A stretch of DNA of 64,000 bases from a virus: IMG/VR virus record IMGVR_UViG_3300035034_002799, positions 21,207 to 85,206 of that record; one strand, 5' to 3'. A program made the translations under genes and the position numbers. Of this stretch, positions 28,490-38,600 are shown in pieces. The notes under the pieces were generated by a model. It did no database searches. It was given only the letters and a program-made list of their open reading frames with translations, and was not told the origin of the DNA. Every line of letters begins with the position of its first letter. Position 1 is the stretch's first letter.

Positions 28490-29065
28490 ATGCGTTGTAT
28501 GGTACTAAATCAAGATTATCAGCTTCTTGACATCGCCAATTGGACGGACGCGATCCATCTTGTTCTAGATGATAAAGCTACTGCAATTGCTCATTATGAT
28601 GAAGTAATCCATTCTGCGTATAATGAATATCAGCTACCTGCGGTTATGGTTATGAATTACTATATTCGCAGCAAAAAGAAAAATAAAATGTTCTCAGCAG
28701 CAACGAAACGAAACGTGTTCGTGCGTGACAATTTTATTTGTATGTATTGTGGTATTCCAGTTACTTTGAACTCTGGTACGCTTGATCATGTTATTCCAAC
28801 TTGTAGAGGTGGTCCAAATGTAATTACTAATGTTATATGTTCGTGTAAGACGTGTAACAACCGTAAAGATGATAAAACTGCTGAGGAATACTACTCATGG
28901 GCTAAGAAGACAAAGGCTATGGACCCAGAAAACTGTAAGCTTTCATCCCCTCCTCGTTCTTTGACCGAAGAGGAAAAGATACGTGTATTGCTTAAAAAGT
29001 TTAAGAGTAAAGAACGTAAGGTTTGGTTAAAGTGTTTGAAAGATAAGGGTATTTCTTTATGGTAA
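28490..29065 (+). CDS. HNH endonuclease (McrA-like)
   Basis: VLNQDY, RDNFICMYCG, TLDHVIP..RGG, CKTCNNRK. Confidence 0.92.
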   Translation: MRCMVLNQDYQLLDIANWTDAIHLVLDDKATAIAHYDEVIHSAYNEYQLPAVMVMNYYIRSKKKNKMFSAATKRNVFVRDNFICMYCGIPVTLNSGTLDHVIPTCRGGPNVITNVICSCKTCNNRKDDKTAEEYYSWAKKTKAMDPENCKLSSPPRSLTEEEKIRVLLKKFKSKERKVWLKCLKDKGISLW

Positions 29066-29340
29066 GAGGGAAAGATTTCCACCTAGCTAGATTAGTCGGT
29101 TTAAATCCTAGAGCACAAAACATACTAGACCACTTCAACAACGGTCTACTCATCCGTGAATATGACGAGATGGGTAGACCGTTGTGTCATGCTCCTAATG
29201 GAAAACAAGCTATATTTTGTGTTGCTCCAGATTTTTCTTGGCAAGGTTGGATGGTTTTAGATGATGATGTTAGGTTCGAAGAAGAAGAAAAAAGAATCCA
29301 TGATATAATGAAATCTGTACAGGAGAATCCTGATGGCTAA
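29059..29340 (+). CDS. Hypothetical protein
   Basis: Overlap-coupled ORF in operon. Confidence 0.7.
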   Translation: MVRGKDFHLARLVGLNPRAQNILDHFNNGLLIREYDEMGRPLCHAPNGKQAIFCVAPDFSWQGWMVLDDDVRFEEEEKRIHDIMKSVQENPDG

Positions 29341-29581
29341 AAATCAAGATCGTGGAATGATCAAGTTAAGAAAAGGAATAATAGGAAATTTACATCCTAC
29401 CTTAACATTTTTAGATAAGGATGATATTCCTTTTCAAGGATGGTTCGACCTTGATAAGAAGTTCTTTTATATTGAATATGGAACTATAAATAGTGGACAA
29501 TATGAACGTGGCGTAATTACAACTGATGTCGATAGCGTTGTTCATGATATAAAAGAATGGCAAAGGGAGCAAGCTAAATGA
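29333..29581 (+). CDS. Hypothetical protein
   Basis: AGGAG RBS; overlap coupling. Confidence 0.7.
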   Translation: MAKNQDRGMIKLRKGIIGNLHPTLTFLDKDDIPFQGWFDLDKKFFYIEYGTINSGQYERGVITTDVDSVVHDIKEWQREQAK

Positions 29582-29835
29582 TAAAATATTTTTTTGAGCC
29601 AGATGAAAAAATCGAAATTGGCGTTTATAGTGATGATAGAAATCACTCTGATATTATTAACAAAGTCAGTGATATTTTAGGTTATTCTTTTGAACCAGGA
29701 CATGATGTTGATATTACTTTAGATGTAGACGATATTAGTCTAGATAGAGATGTTGTAATCTTCTACCGTCATATATTTACAGAAGAATTACTTGATCTAA
29801 CATCTGATGGGATTGGTGTGTATATTGTTAAATGA
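29578..29835 (+). CDS. Hypothetical protein
   Basis: ATGA overlaps at both ends. Confidence 0.7.
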   Translation: MIKYFFEPDEKIEIGVYSDDRNHSDIINKVSDILGYSFEPGHDVDITLDVDDISLDRDVVIFYRHIFTEELLDLTSDGIGVYIVK

Positions 29836-30602
29836 GTACTGAAGAAAAACCATTAAACGTGATGATTAGCCATAGCTCAATGGAAGCTATGGAACAATGC
29901 CTATTAAAATGGTATTACAAATATATTGAAAAACTTAAAGTTGATATTCCTAGAAACATGGAAGCTAACTTTGGTTCTTATATTCATGATGTAGCTGAAA
30001 ACTTTGAAGGTGGGTCTCAAAAAGATTTTAAAAACCTTGCCAAAACTATACTAAAAAAATATGACATTGACCCTTCTATACGATATAAGGTTCCTTTAGC
30101 TCTTAAGAATCTTTGGAAATATTGGAATAAGGTGATTAAACCACTTAATCTAACCAAAGATAATAAAGAAAGAAAAGTATTTGCAAATACCCACGAAGAT
30201 AATTTTCGTATGATGGCGATTTTTGATGTCATGTATAAAAATGAGGACGGTACTCTTACTGTTCTTGATTGGAAAACTAATAAAAAACCACGAGACGCTT
30301 CTAAACAGCTTGCTTTTTATTTTTATATTTTAAAAATGGTTGGAGAAATACCAGAGCACGTAGACACTTGTAAGTTTAAAATTGTTTATTTGTGCCTTGA
30401 GGCGAAAGACTACGAACCCGTTGAGATAGAATATGTATTAGACGATCTTGACCTTGAGACTGCATCTAGTCGTATTGACGCTTTTATTAGAAGAGTAAAG
30501 AACAAGGGTAGAAATAAAGAAAAATATAGAAAAAAGACTGGTCCTTTATGTCCTTGGTGTGACTACTATCAGGCTGGAGTCTGTAAAGGTAAAGACGAAT
30601 AA
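29832..30602 (+). CDS. PD-(D/E)XK Cas4/RecB-like exonuclease
   Basis: SHSS...QC, FGSYIH, FD...VLDWKT, QLAFY, CPWCDY...C. Confidence 0.85.
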   Translation: MSTEEKPLNVMISHSSMEAMEQCLLKWYYKYIEKLKVDIPRNMEANFGSYIHDVAENFEGGSQKDFKNLAKTILKKYDIDPSIRYKVPLALKNLWKYWNKVIKPLNLTKDNKERKVFANTHEDNFRMMAIFDVMYKNEDGTLTVLDWKTNKKPRDASKQLAFYFYILKMVGEIPEHVDTCKFKIVYLCLEAKDYEPVEIEYVLDDLDLETASSRIDAFIRRVKNKGRNKEKYRKKTGPLCPWCDYYQAGVCKGKDE

Positions 30603-30607
30603 TAAGA

Positions 30608-30635
30608 TTGACAGTCCTCTATAACATGCTATAAT
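30608..30635 (+). promoter_or_regulatory. Sigma70-type promoter TTGACA-N16-TATAAT with extended TG
   Basis: Consensus hexamers upstream of ligA. Confidence 0.75.
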
Positions 30636-30653
30636 ATAGACATGGAGGACAAT

Positions 30654-32624
30654 ATGAATTACAACAGAGAAGACCTCATCACTGATCTTCGAGCAGCAGA
30701 TGCTGCTTATTATGGCGATGGTACTTCCCCATTAACCGACAAAGAGTATGACGAGAAAAAGGCTTGGCTCAAGTCTAACTTTCCTGAAGAAACTTACTTA
30801 GATGAAGTAGGGGCTGAACCAATTGAAAATACTCATTGGGAGAAACACAAACATGAGTATCCACTTGGGTCTCTTGACAAAGTAAACAGTTATAGTGAAC
30901 TTATTGGTTGGAAACCTCAGTTTCCTGTTGTAGTACAACAGAAACTTGATGGTATCTCAATTTGTCTTACTTATGAAGATGGTAAACTTACTCGTGCAGT
31001 TACTCGCGGTAAAAATGGTGTTGGTGATAATATTACTCGTAATGTGATTAAGATGAAAGGTATTGTAACTGAACTACCTGCTGGTTTTGAAGATACGAAG
31101 GCAGTAGTGAGGGGTGAGATCGTCCTTAAACATTCTGATTTTGAAAAGCTTCCTATTGAGAAACGAGGTAAGAACCCCCGAAATACAGCGGCTGGTGCTG
31201 CGAAGAAACTTTCGGGTGACTTGTGTTCACACCTTACTATCATTGTATATGATTTAATGAACGCCGCCGACCTTGGAGTTATCACTGAGACTATCAGTAA
31301 CACTTATCTCAAAAGCCTTGGTTTTCCTTTTATAGTTGATACAAATCGTTGCAATAACGAGGACGAACTTGATGAGTGTATTGGTGTAATGGAAGGCAAC
31401 CGAGACGTATATGATTATGACATTGATGGTCTTGTTATTAAGAACAATCAGATAGACTCTAAAGACAATTGGGAACATCCAAAAAATAAAATCGCATATA
31501 AATTTAGTCATCAACTAGCTATGACAACCATTAAAGAAATAGTTTGGTCAACAAGCGGTGAACGAGTTAACCCTGTAGCAATTCTTGAACCTGTTGATAT
31601 AGCTGGAGTTACTGTAAGTAAAGCGTCTTTGCATAATAAGGCGTATATTGAACAGCTTGCTAACGGTAATCCAATTCGCAGGGGTGATTGGGTTGAAGTT
31701 ACTCGTCGTAATGACGTAATTCCTCAAGTCGAAAGAATAACAGAAAGAAGTCAAGGGTTAGTTCTTAAAATGATACCAAGCTCCTGTCCTACCTGTGATG
31801 GTGACATTGAACGCCCTTTTAACTCTGAAGGCAAAGAAATGGCTTGGTACATTTGCACAAACCCTGCTTGTTCAGCTAAAGCAATTAAAAATGTATTAAA
31901 GTGGTTTGAAGTTCATGATTGTAAGGGGGTCGCAGAAAAGACCGTGGAGCTAATTCATAATGAAATCGGCTTTGATAATCTTGCTGAATTTATTGACATT
32001 ATTAATAATAAAGAAGAAGATTTATTGAAACTTTCAGGTATGGGTAAGTCTAAACTTAAAACAATTCGTGATCAGCTCAAATCTACTAAAGACACTTCTA
32101 TTAGCAAGTTTATCGGTGGGTTAAATTTTCGAGGTTTCGGTCCTAAAAGCATTCAAAAAATTGTTAGTCATGTGACTAACAATTCCGACACTTCCATTAG
32201 TGAAGTCTTAAATATTAATTTCGAAGAACTAGTTAAGGTTGAGGGGTTTAGTGATAGTTCTGCTAGCTCTTATTTGAGCCAAGTTGATAATAGTAGAGTA
32301 CTGATGGCTGAAATAGAAAAGAGAGGCGTCCGTCCTTCTATTGCTAGAAGGACTACAGCTACCTCCGCTCCTCTTACAGGCACTTCGTTCTGTTTCACAG
32401 GTGCTATGAACACTATGAACCGTAAAGAGGCTCAAGAGCTTGTAGAGAGCCTTGGTGGCGAATTCAGAGGTAGTGTCAGCAAGGGTCTGTCATATTTAGT
32501 CACCAATACACCAGACAACGGCTCATCTAAAAATAAGAAGGCAACTCAGCTTGAAGTCAAAATCATAACTGAAGAAGAATTCAAATCACTTTTGGCTCCT
32601 ATCGCGCTGTTAAAATCCCTCTAG
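30654..32624 (+). CDS. ligA: NAD-dependent DNA ligase
   Basis: KLDG, RGE, NPRN, DGLVIK, IAYKF, ASLHN, Zn finger, BRCT FCFTG; GGAGG RBS (alternative start 30642). Confidence 0.95.
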   Translation: MNYNREDLITDLRAADAAYYGDGTSPLTDKEYDEKKAWLKSNFPEETYLDEVGAEPIENTHWEKHKHEYPLGSLDKVNSYSELIGWKPQFPVVVQQKLDGISICLTYEDGKLTRAVTRGKNGVGDNITRNVIKMKGIVTELPAGFEDTKAVVRGEIVLKHSDFEKLPIEKRGKNPRNTAAGAAKKLSGDLCSHLTIIVYDLMNAADLGVITETISNTYLKSLGFPFIVDTNRCNNEDELDECIGVMEGNRDVYDYDIDGLVIKNNQIDSKDNWEHPKNKIAYKFSHQLAMTTIKEIVWSTSGERVNPVAILEPVDIAGVTVSKASLHNKAYIEQLANGNPIRRGDWVEVTRRNDVIPQVERITERSQGLVLKMIPSSCPTCDGDIERPFNSEGKEMAWYICTNPACSAKAIKNVLKWFEVHDCKGVAEKTVELIHNEIGFDNLAEFIDIINNKEEDLLKLSGMGKSKLKTIRDQLKSTKDTSISKFIGGLNFRGFGPKSIQKIVSHVTNNSDTSISEVLNINFEELVKVEGFSDSSASSYLSQVDNSRVLMAEIEKRGVRPSIARRTTATSAPLTGTSFCFTGAMNTMNRKEAQELVESLGGEFRGSVSKGLSYLVTNTPDNGSSKNKKATQLEVKIITEEEFKSLLAPIALLKSL

Positions 32625-32649
32625 ACAATCATTATCTTGGACATATAAT
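32622..32649 (+). promoter_or_regulatory. Sigma70-type promoter TAGACA-N16-TATAAT
   Basis: Near-consensus hexamers upstream of 32678. Confidence 0.6.
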
Positions 32650-32677
32650 AATAAAAGTTAACTAAAGGAGAACTACT

Positions 32678-32878
32678 ATGACTAATGTAAAAGAATCAAA
32701 CTGTTTCTATGTTTATGCTCGTGATACTGGTGGATGTTACATCACTGAACGAGCAAGCCGCGCATCTACTGGCGAGAAGTATTTTTGGGTGAAGAGTAAG
32801 GGTGAAGCCGCTCCTCTCACTCGTAATGTGGCTCGTAAGGTAGCTCAGCGTTATGGTGGAGTTGTTCGTCAGTTCTGA
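32678..32878 (+). CDS. Small basic hypothetical protein
   Basis: AAGGAG RBS; own promoter and terminator. Confidence 0.8.
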   Translation: MTNVKESNCFYVYARDTGGCYITERASRASTGEKYFWVKSKGEAAPLTRNVARKVAQRYGGVVRQF

Positions 32879-32900
32879 TAAACAATAAACAATAAACAAT

Positions 32901-32934
32901 AAAAACCTCAGAGTTGATGCTCTGAGGTTTTTTT
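32901..32934 (+). terminator. Rho-independent terminator
   Basis: AAAAACCTCAGAG-ttgatg-CTCTGAGGTTTTTTT. Confidence 0.9.
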
Positions 32935-32987
32935 GTTTTTATATGTTATAATGGTCTCAAAATGATAAATAAGAAAAGGAGATCATT

Positions 32988-33404
32988 ATGGATGGTTTAA
33001 AATGGAGATTAACTGAATTTCTTGATAAAATAAAATCTGATAGAGATTTTAGAAAAATCCTATTGGATAACGCTGAGTCTATTATTGAGGATGTTTATAC
33101 TTTTGGTGAAAGTGGCTGTGGTAAATGTAAAAAACATATTTTAAGATACGCCGACGAGAATGTAGACATTATAAATAAAGTTATTGATGAATATTCTAAA
33201 TTAAATATATCAAAAGAAGAAACTACTGTTGTACAACCACAACAACCACATAGACCAACCAGAGTCATAGGTGATATATTTGAGATAGACGCTAATCCTG
33301 AGGCATATAAACAGTTTATCACTGAAGCACAACAAAAAAGATGGATGCATCGCGGTTTGACTGTTGTACCCAAAGATAACAAATGGATTATCTTTTTTTA
33401 TTGA
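32988..33404 (+). CDS. Hypothetical protein (CxxC)
   Basis: AAGGAG RBS; directly upstream of baseplate genes. Confidence 0.75.
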   Translation: MDGLKWRLTEFLDKIKSDRDFRKILLDNAESIIEDVYTFGESGCGKCKKHILRYADENVDIINKVIDEYSKLNISKEETTVVQPQQPHRPTRVIGDIFEIDANPEAYKQFITEAQQKRWMHRGLTVVPKDNKWIIFFY

Positions 33405-33416
33405 GAGGTTTTATAA

Positions 33417-35183
33417 ATGGATATTGATTTTTCTCAATTTTCGAGAGAAGATTTTAAAATAAGTGGTTTTCGTAGAGCTATTGTTGAAGATAATGATGAC
33501 CCAACTGGTTCTGGTAGAGTCAGAGTTAGAATAATAGGCATACATAGTCTTGATGGTACAGAAACACCAGTTAGTCATTTACCATGGGCAGAACCTTGTT
33601 TAAGTCTCTATACAAGCGGTGGTTTTAATCTTAAAAACAAAAATACTGAAAGTCCAGTATCTAGATATGAATCTGGTGGTGATGGGGGAACTGTTTTACA
33701 AGACCGCCCTTCAAAAAGAGAAACTGAAATAAAACTTATATCCGAATGGCAAGACCAAACTACGCAAAATAACGGAACAGGTGCTCATTACGTAGTACCA
33801 TCTAAAGGTACTATGGTTTGGATTTTCTTTGATGATGGTAACCATCTCCGTCCTCAATATTTTGGTGCAGCTCCACGTAAACTTGATTGGGATACTCAGT
33901 TTGATAAGTTAGCTGCTGATCTTAAAGATAAAGAACAAACATTAACTGACGTTATAGATGAAATGGAAGCTCTTAATTCACCAAATCAAAATTTTACTGG
34001 TAAAAGAAAAATAACGCAGAATATCCAAATTAAAACTCCCATTATACGACCAGAGTACACTTTTGAAGCAGATGATTTTAACTCTAATACAAAAAACAAA
34101 GATTTATCAAGCTGGACTTCACCAGGTGGTGTTACTTTTTTGGCAGTTAATGATAACAATGAAGGCTCTAATGAAAAAGTTTTTATTATGCATAAAGGTT
34201 ATGTAGAACATGTTGATCAACGAGGGCAAAGAACTATACTAGTAGGCAAAACGAATGAGAATTCAACTGATCCTCTAAGTCCTCAACATGCTGAAGGTCA
34301 AGGAAACGATTTAAGAAACATCGTTGCTAATAATAGTGAATTATATGTATTAGGTGACTATAAGGTGTTTGTAAAAGGTAATTGTTTCATTCAATGTGAA
34401 AAATCAGTAGAAATTAATGCTAAAGAAGAAGTCGGTATCTTTTCTAGAGAAGGGAATATTAATATATTAACAGAAGCCGCTGATATTAATATAGAGTCTA
34501 AAACTGCTAATTTTAACGTTAGTTCAACTAATACTCAATTTCAAGTAGATGCTGGATTCTTTGTAAAAGCTGAAGGTCCTATTAAGTTTGAGTCATCCGA
34601 GTCGATTGATTTTGTTGCGCCAACTGTTCAAATTGGTGCTGAAACGCAATTTTCTGTTAATACTGGGGATATGAGAATATTAGTGGGTGATCAGTCTAAA
34701 TTCGAAATAACATCTGATGGGTTTCTTGTTGAAGTAACTGGAGAAATAGCATGTAAGTCATCTGATCATATTATTGAATCTAAAAATACAATACAGCACA
34801 AGACAGCCACTTATAATATATCAGTAGATGATGCTTATAACTTAGATGTGTTCAATAAAACAAGTATAATAAGTAATCAGATAGCATTTGATACTGCAAT
34901 ATTCTCAGCTAATGCAACGGCTGAGGTTAAAATGAAAGGCGCTACGGCTAGTTATGCTGGAGAGGGTCCATGTTTTGTAGGTGGTTCAACTACTCAAGTT
35001 GGTGGTGTTGTGTCACTGGGACAAGGACAAGCTGCTCAACCAGATTCAGCCAACCAAGCGACAGTCAATACCCCAAGCTCTCCTGAACAACCAGAGGATA
35101 TTGAGCCTATTGAGTTCCAAGATGGCTCTGTTGCAAAAGATATAGTAATTACCGAGACAAACTTCCCTAATGAAGAAGCTTAA
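33417..35183 (+). CDS. gp5: Baseplate hub/spike protein (gp5/VgrG-like), no lysozyme domain seen
   Basis: OB fold VEDNDDPTGSGRVRVRI..LPWA..P.KG..VWIFFDDG...P.YFG; beta-helix repeats. Confidence 0.88.
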   Translation: MDIDFSQFSREDFKISGFRRAIVEDNDDPTGSGRVRVRIIGIHSLDGTETPVSHLPWAEPCLSLYTSGGFNLKNKNTESPVSRYESGGDGGTVLQDRPSKRETEIKLISEWQDQTTQNNGTGAHYVVPSKGTMVWIFFDDGNHLRPQYFGAAPRKLDWDTQFDKLAADLKDKEQTLTDVIDEMEALNSPNQNFTGKRKITQNIQIKTPIIRPEYTFEADDFNSNTKNKDLSSWTSPGGVTFLAVNDNNEGSNEKVFIMHKGYVEHVDQRGQRTILVGKTNENSTDPLSPQHAEGQGNDLRNIVANNSELYVLGDYKVFVKGNCFIQCEKSVEINAKEEVGIFSREGNINILTEAADINIESKTANFNVSSTNTQFQVDAGFFVKAEGPIKFESSESIDFVAPTVQIGAETQFSVNTGDMRILVGDQSKFEITSDGFLVEVTGEIACKSSDHIIESKNTIQHKTATYNISVDDAYNLDVFNKTSIISNQIAFDTAIFSANATAEVKMKGATASYAGEGPCFVGGSTTQVGGVVSLGQGQAAQPDSANQATVNTPSSPEQPEDIEPIEFQDGSVAKDIVITETNFPNEEA

Positions 35184-35185
35184 AA

Positions 35186-35193
35186 TATAAATA
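35186..35193 (+). promoter_or_regulatory. Late promoter TATAAATA
   Basis: Exact consensus upstream of gp25. Confidence 0.75.
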
Positions 35194-35211
35194 GTTAAGA
35201 GGTTCATAAAA

Positions 35212-35604
35212 ATGAAGCGTGAGAGAAAACCAGAAAACTACTCTGATTTAGCATTTAATCCTGCTTTGGATCAAAATGGTGACTTTTCAGTAGTAAAAGA
35301 TAATGATTCAATCAGTCAAGCTCTTTTTACACTATTTCATACTATTCCAGGTTCTAGAGTAATGGCTCCAGGGTACGGAGCAAGTTTAATTCCTTTTTTG
35401 TTTGAACCGTTTGATGAAAATACTGCCAGTAAATTAGGCACTTTTATTAAATCAACGGTTGATCGTTACGAACCGAGAATTATTTTAGATAAAGTAAGTA
35501 TAGATATAAACGAATCCGAAAATAGGTATGATGTTGATTTATTTTATAAAATAGTTAATACAGAAATAGTACAGTCTATTACTTTTAATTTAGAAAGATT
35601 GTGA
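35212..35604 (+). CDS. gp25: Baseplate wedge subunit gp25
   Basis: YSDL, SISQAL, PGSRVMAPGYG, LFEP, YEPRI. Confidence 0.9.
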   Translation: MKRERKPENYSDLAFNPALDQNGDFSVVKDNDSISQALFTLFHTIPGSRVMAPGYGASLIPFLFEPFDENTASKLGTFIKSTVDRYEPRIILDKVSIDINESENRYDVDLFYKIVNTEIVQSITFNLERL

Positions 35605-35615
35605 GGAATTAAAAA

Positions 35616-38600
35616 ATGGCGAACGACCAGAATAACATGAAAAGAACTATTGACTATACATCTTATGATTTTGAAGCATTAAGAGATGAATTAATTACCT
35701 ATTTACAAGAAACTGGTTCTTTCAAGGATGTTCAATTTATTTCTTCAAATATCAGAACTTTAGTTGATCTATTCTCTTACATAGGTTCACTATTTGGTTA
35801 TTATATTAACTCCGCAGCTAACGAAGTTTTTCTTCCTACTGCTAAGAGATATAAAAACTTAAATAAGATAGCTCAGCTTCTCCGATATGAACCAAGAGGA
35901 GTTACTTCTTCAAGAGTAAATGTAGTTGCTCAACTTTCTCCAGAATATGTTTTTAGTAAAGAATCTGTTGGTTTGGAGATTCCCGCCTATTCCATATTTC
36001 CATCATCTAAACCTACTAATGATACTAATGAAAATTTTCAGTTTACTAATGATAAACCAGTTAACTATATCATCAAGGGTGTTGGTACCCGCCCAGTTCA
36101 AGCTAGTGATATTGAATATAAAGGGTATTCATTACCATACACTGCTCCTTTATCTTTCTGGAATAATAACTCAGGAGTTTATTTCCAGTCGAATGGGATT
36201 GATATTCCTCTTTCTATGCAAAAGCAACTTAGAGTTATCGAAAACAACGATATTACTAATTATCGTGGATTTGATACCACTAATTACCCTCTAATTAACC
36301 CATCAAGTAACCAAAGTGTTGGACAACCTTTCCAGAAAACTATTAAAACAAATGATTTTGGTTCTTTGTTAGTTCCTAACACTAGATATTTCTTAGTCAT
36401 GAATTTTGATGACGCATCAAGTGACTCATACATGACAATCATCCAAAATGAATCTACTTTAGGTGATAAAATAGATGATGTTGTTGCAGTGTTAATACTC
36501 GAAGCGACTGATAAAACAGGCGAGTTTTATACTCTTAAAGTAGATGAGATTAGAACTTTTCATAGATTCTACGTAGGTACTTTAGGGTTAACTAATCTTG
36601 AATCCGTTTTTCTTGAATATGATCGTTTACCAAATAGAACAGACGGACTTGAAAAAATAAAAATGGTTATTAATAAAGATGGAAACTCTCCAGACTTCGC
36701 TGTACTTGTAGATGGGGTTACATATGCGTTTAATAGTGGTACTATAGAAACACCAAAATATAAAGAGGATAATTGGGATAGAGATAGAGTAGAATATAAT
36801 CTTAATTTAGTAATTTCAAACCCAGACAGTCCAGAAACTAATTATGACGCAAAACTTGAAATTACATCAAATGAGCCATTATCTAATCAGGTAACAATTG
36901 CTAAAATTTATACTAACTTCGTAGACCCAGATACTGGGACCCCAACTATTAAAACCCAAAGAGGTCGTAAATTTGGAGATTTTCAGATTGTAGATAAAAT
37001 TGAAACCAAGGGGGATATTCAAAAAGCTGGTACGGTTGATTTTAATTCAGGGGAAAATTTCTCCGCTGTTATTTTTAGTACTCCTTTTGAAAATGATAAC
37101 TATCAAGTTTCTTTGAGTTCACAGGAACCAATTAGGTCTTGGGTTGCTAACAAAAATGTTGAGGGGTTTACTATTTATGTGGAGCCAGGAAATAACTTTG
37201 AGGGTAAAATAAGTTGGATAGCTACAAGTGTAATTGAGGAAAACATCAACGAAGTCAATGTTACTTTCTCAACTCCTATGTCTCTTTCAGTAAGCCCAGA
37301 CGGTAATATTTCAAATTATATGGTACAACTAACTGCTAATGATAATGTTAATATGTGGTACGATAATCTTAATGAAAATGGGTTTACTATTAAGACTGAA
37401 AAGAATTTTAGAGGTCATGTATCATGGTCAGCTTTTAATTTCTTTGCTGATGGTACAGTTCCTCAAGAAAACGTAAATTCTTTAAGACAAAGAGGTAATA
37501 TTGTTTTCAGAAGCGATGACTTAATAAATGGAATAGATATTGAGTTTGAAGTTCCTATAAATGATGAAAATTACGCAATTCAACTAACTCCTGATAAAGA
37601 TGTTAATGTTTGGTATACGAAAAAATCATCAAATGGATTTACTATTAACATAGAACCAAGTTCAGAGGAACCCGTTAGAGAAGTTGTTATTGAATGGATT
37701 GTTGATATTACTTCCGAATATACTTTCCAAAAACACGGAGAGATTAAATTCCGTGGGCAGGATACTTTAAATAGTCAAATTCCTGGCTTACAATTTGTAA
37801 ACATTTCTGAATCTTTTCAAATCCCTGATCTAATTGAAGGTCAGCCATCTATATCGTTTATTAGCTCCAACGCTGTTGTTGATTCAGATAAGAACGGACT
37901 ACAACTTTCACTTGATCCTGTTAGATTTTACGAAACGGATATTCGTTTCGTTGTTAATAATAAAAATATTTCAACAAACGGTATTAGAGTTTTTGTTAAA
38001 AACGAAGAGGGTAAATGGGACGAGTGGGACCGAGCTAGTTTAGTTACGAATAAAAATACCGCCGCAGGAGAAAAGATTTACATAATAAGAGTCAACCCTG
38101 AAGAAAAAGTTCTTATTGAATTTGGAGACGGTGATAATTGGGGAACTAGTGTCCTTGATAAAGAGGTTCTTATTTTAGGATTAATATCTGTTGGTGAAAG
38201 TGGAAATATTAATAGAAGAACCTTAGATAAAAGAGTCATTCTCTCCCAGTACATTTTAGGTAATGATATTACTAATATTGATTTTGAGCAAAACTTTATT
38301 AATCTAATTGGTCTTAAAAATGAATTATACTTCGAAGGTAGAGTTCCAGAGACTTCTATTTTAGACAGTGAACGAACACTTATTCCTCAAAATAAATTAT
38401 TAATTGTTCAAAACCAAAACGCATTTGGTGGTAATGATATTGAAACAGCTAATGAGCTTAGAAAAAACGCAAACAACTTTTTCGTCTCTCAGAATCGTTT
38501 GGTGTCTCTAGATGATTACGAGCGATTTTCTCGTCAGGCGTTTTCTGATTACTTAATTAAAACAAAAGTATTATCATATACAGAAGTCAAACAACAGAAT

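Noticed and set aside
32878-32902. (TAAACAA)x3 as a CRISPR or iteron array
   Set aside because: Too short, no spacers; lies between a stop codon and a terminator
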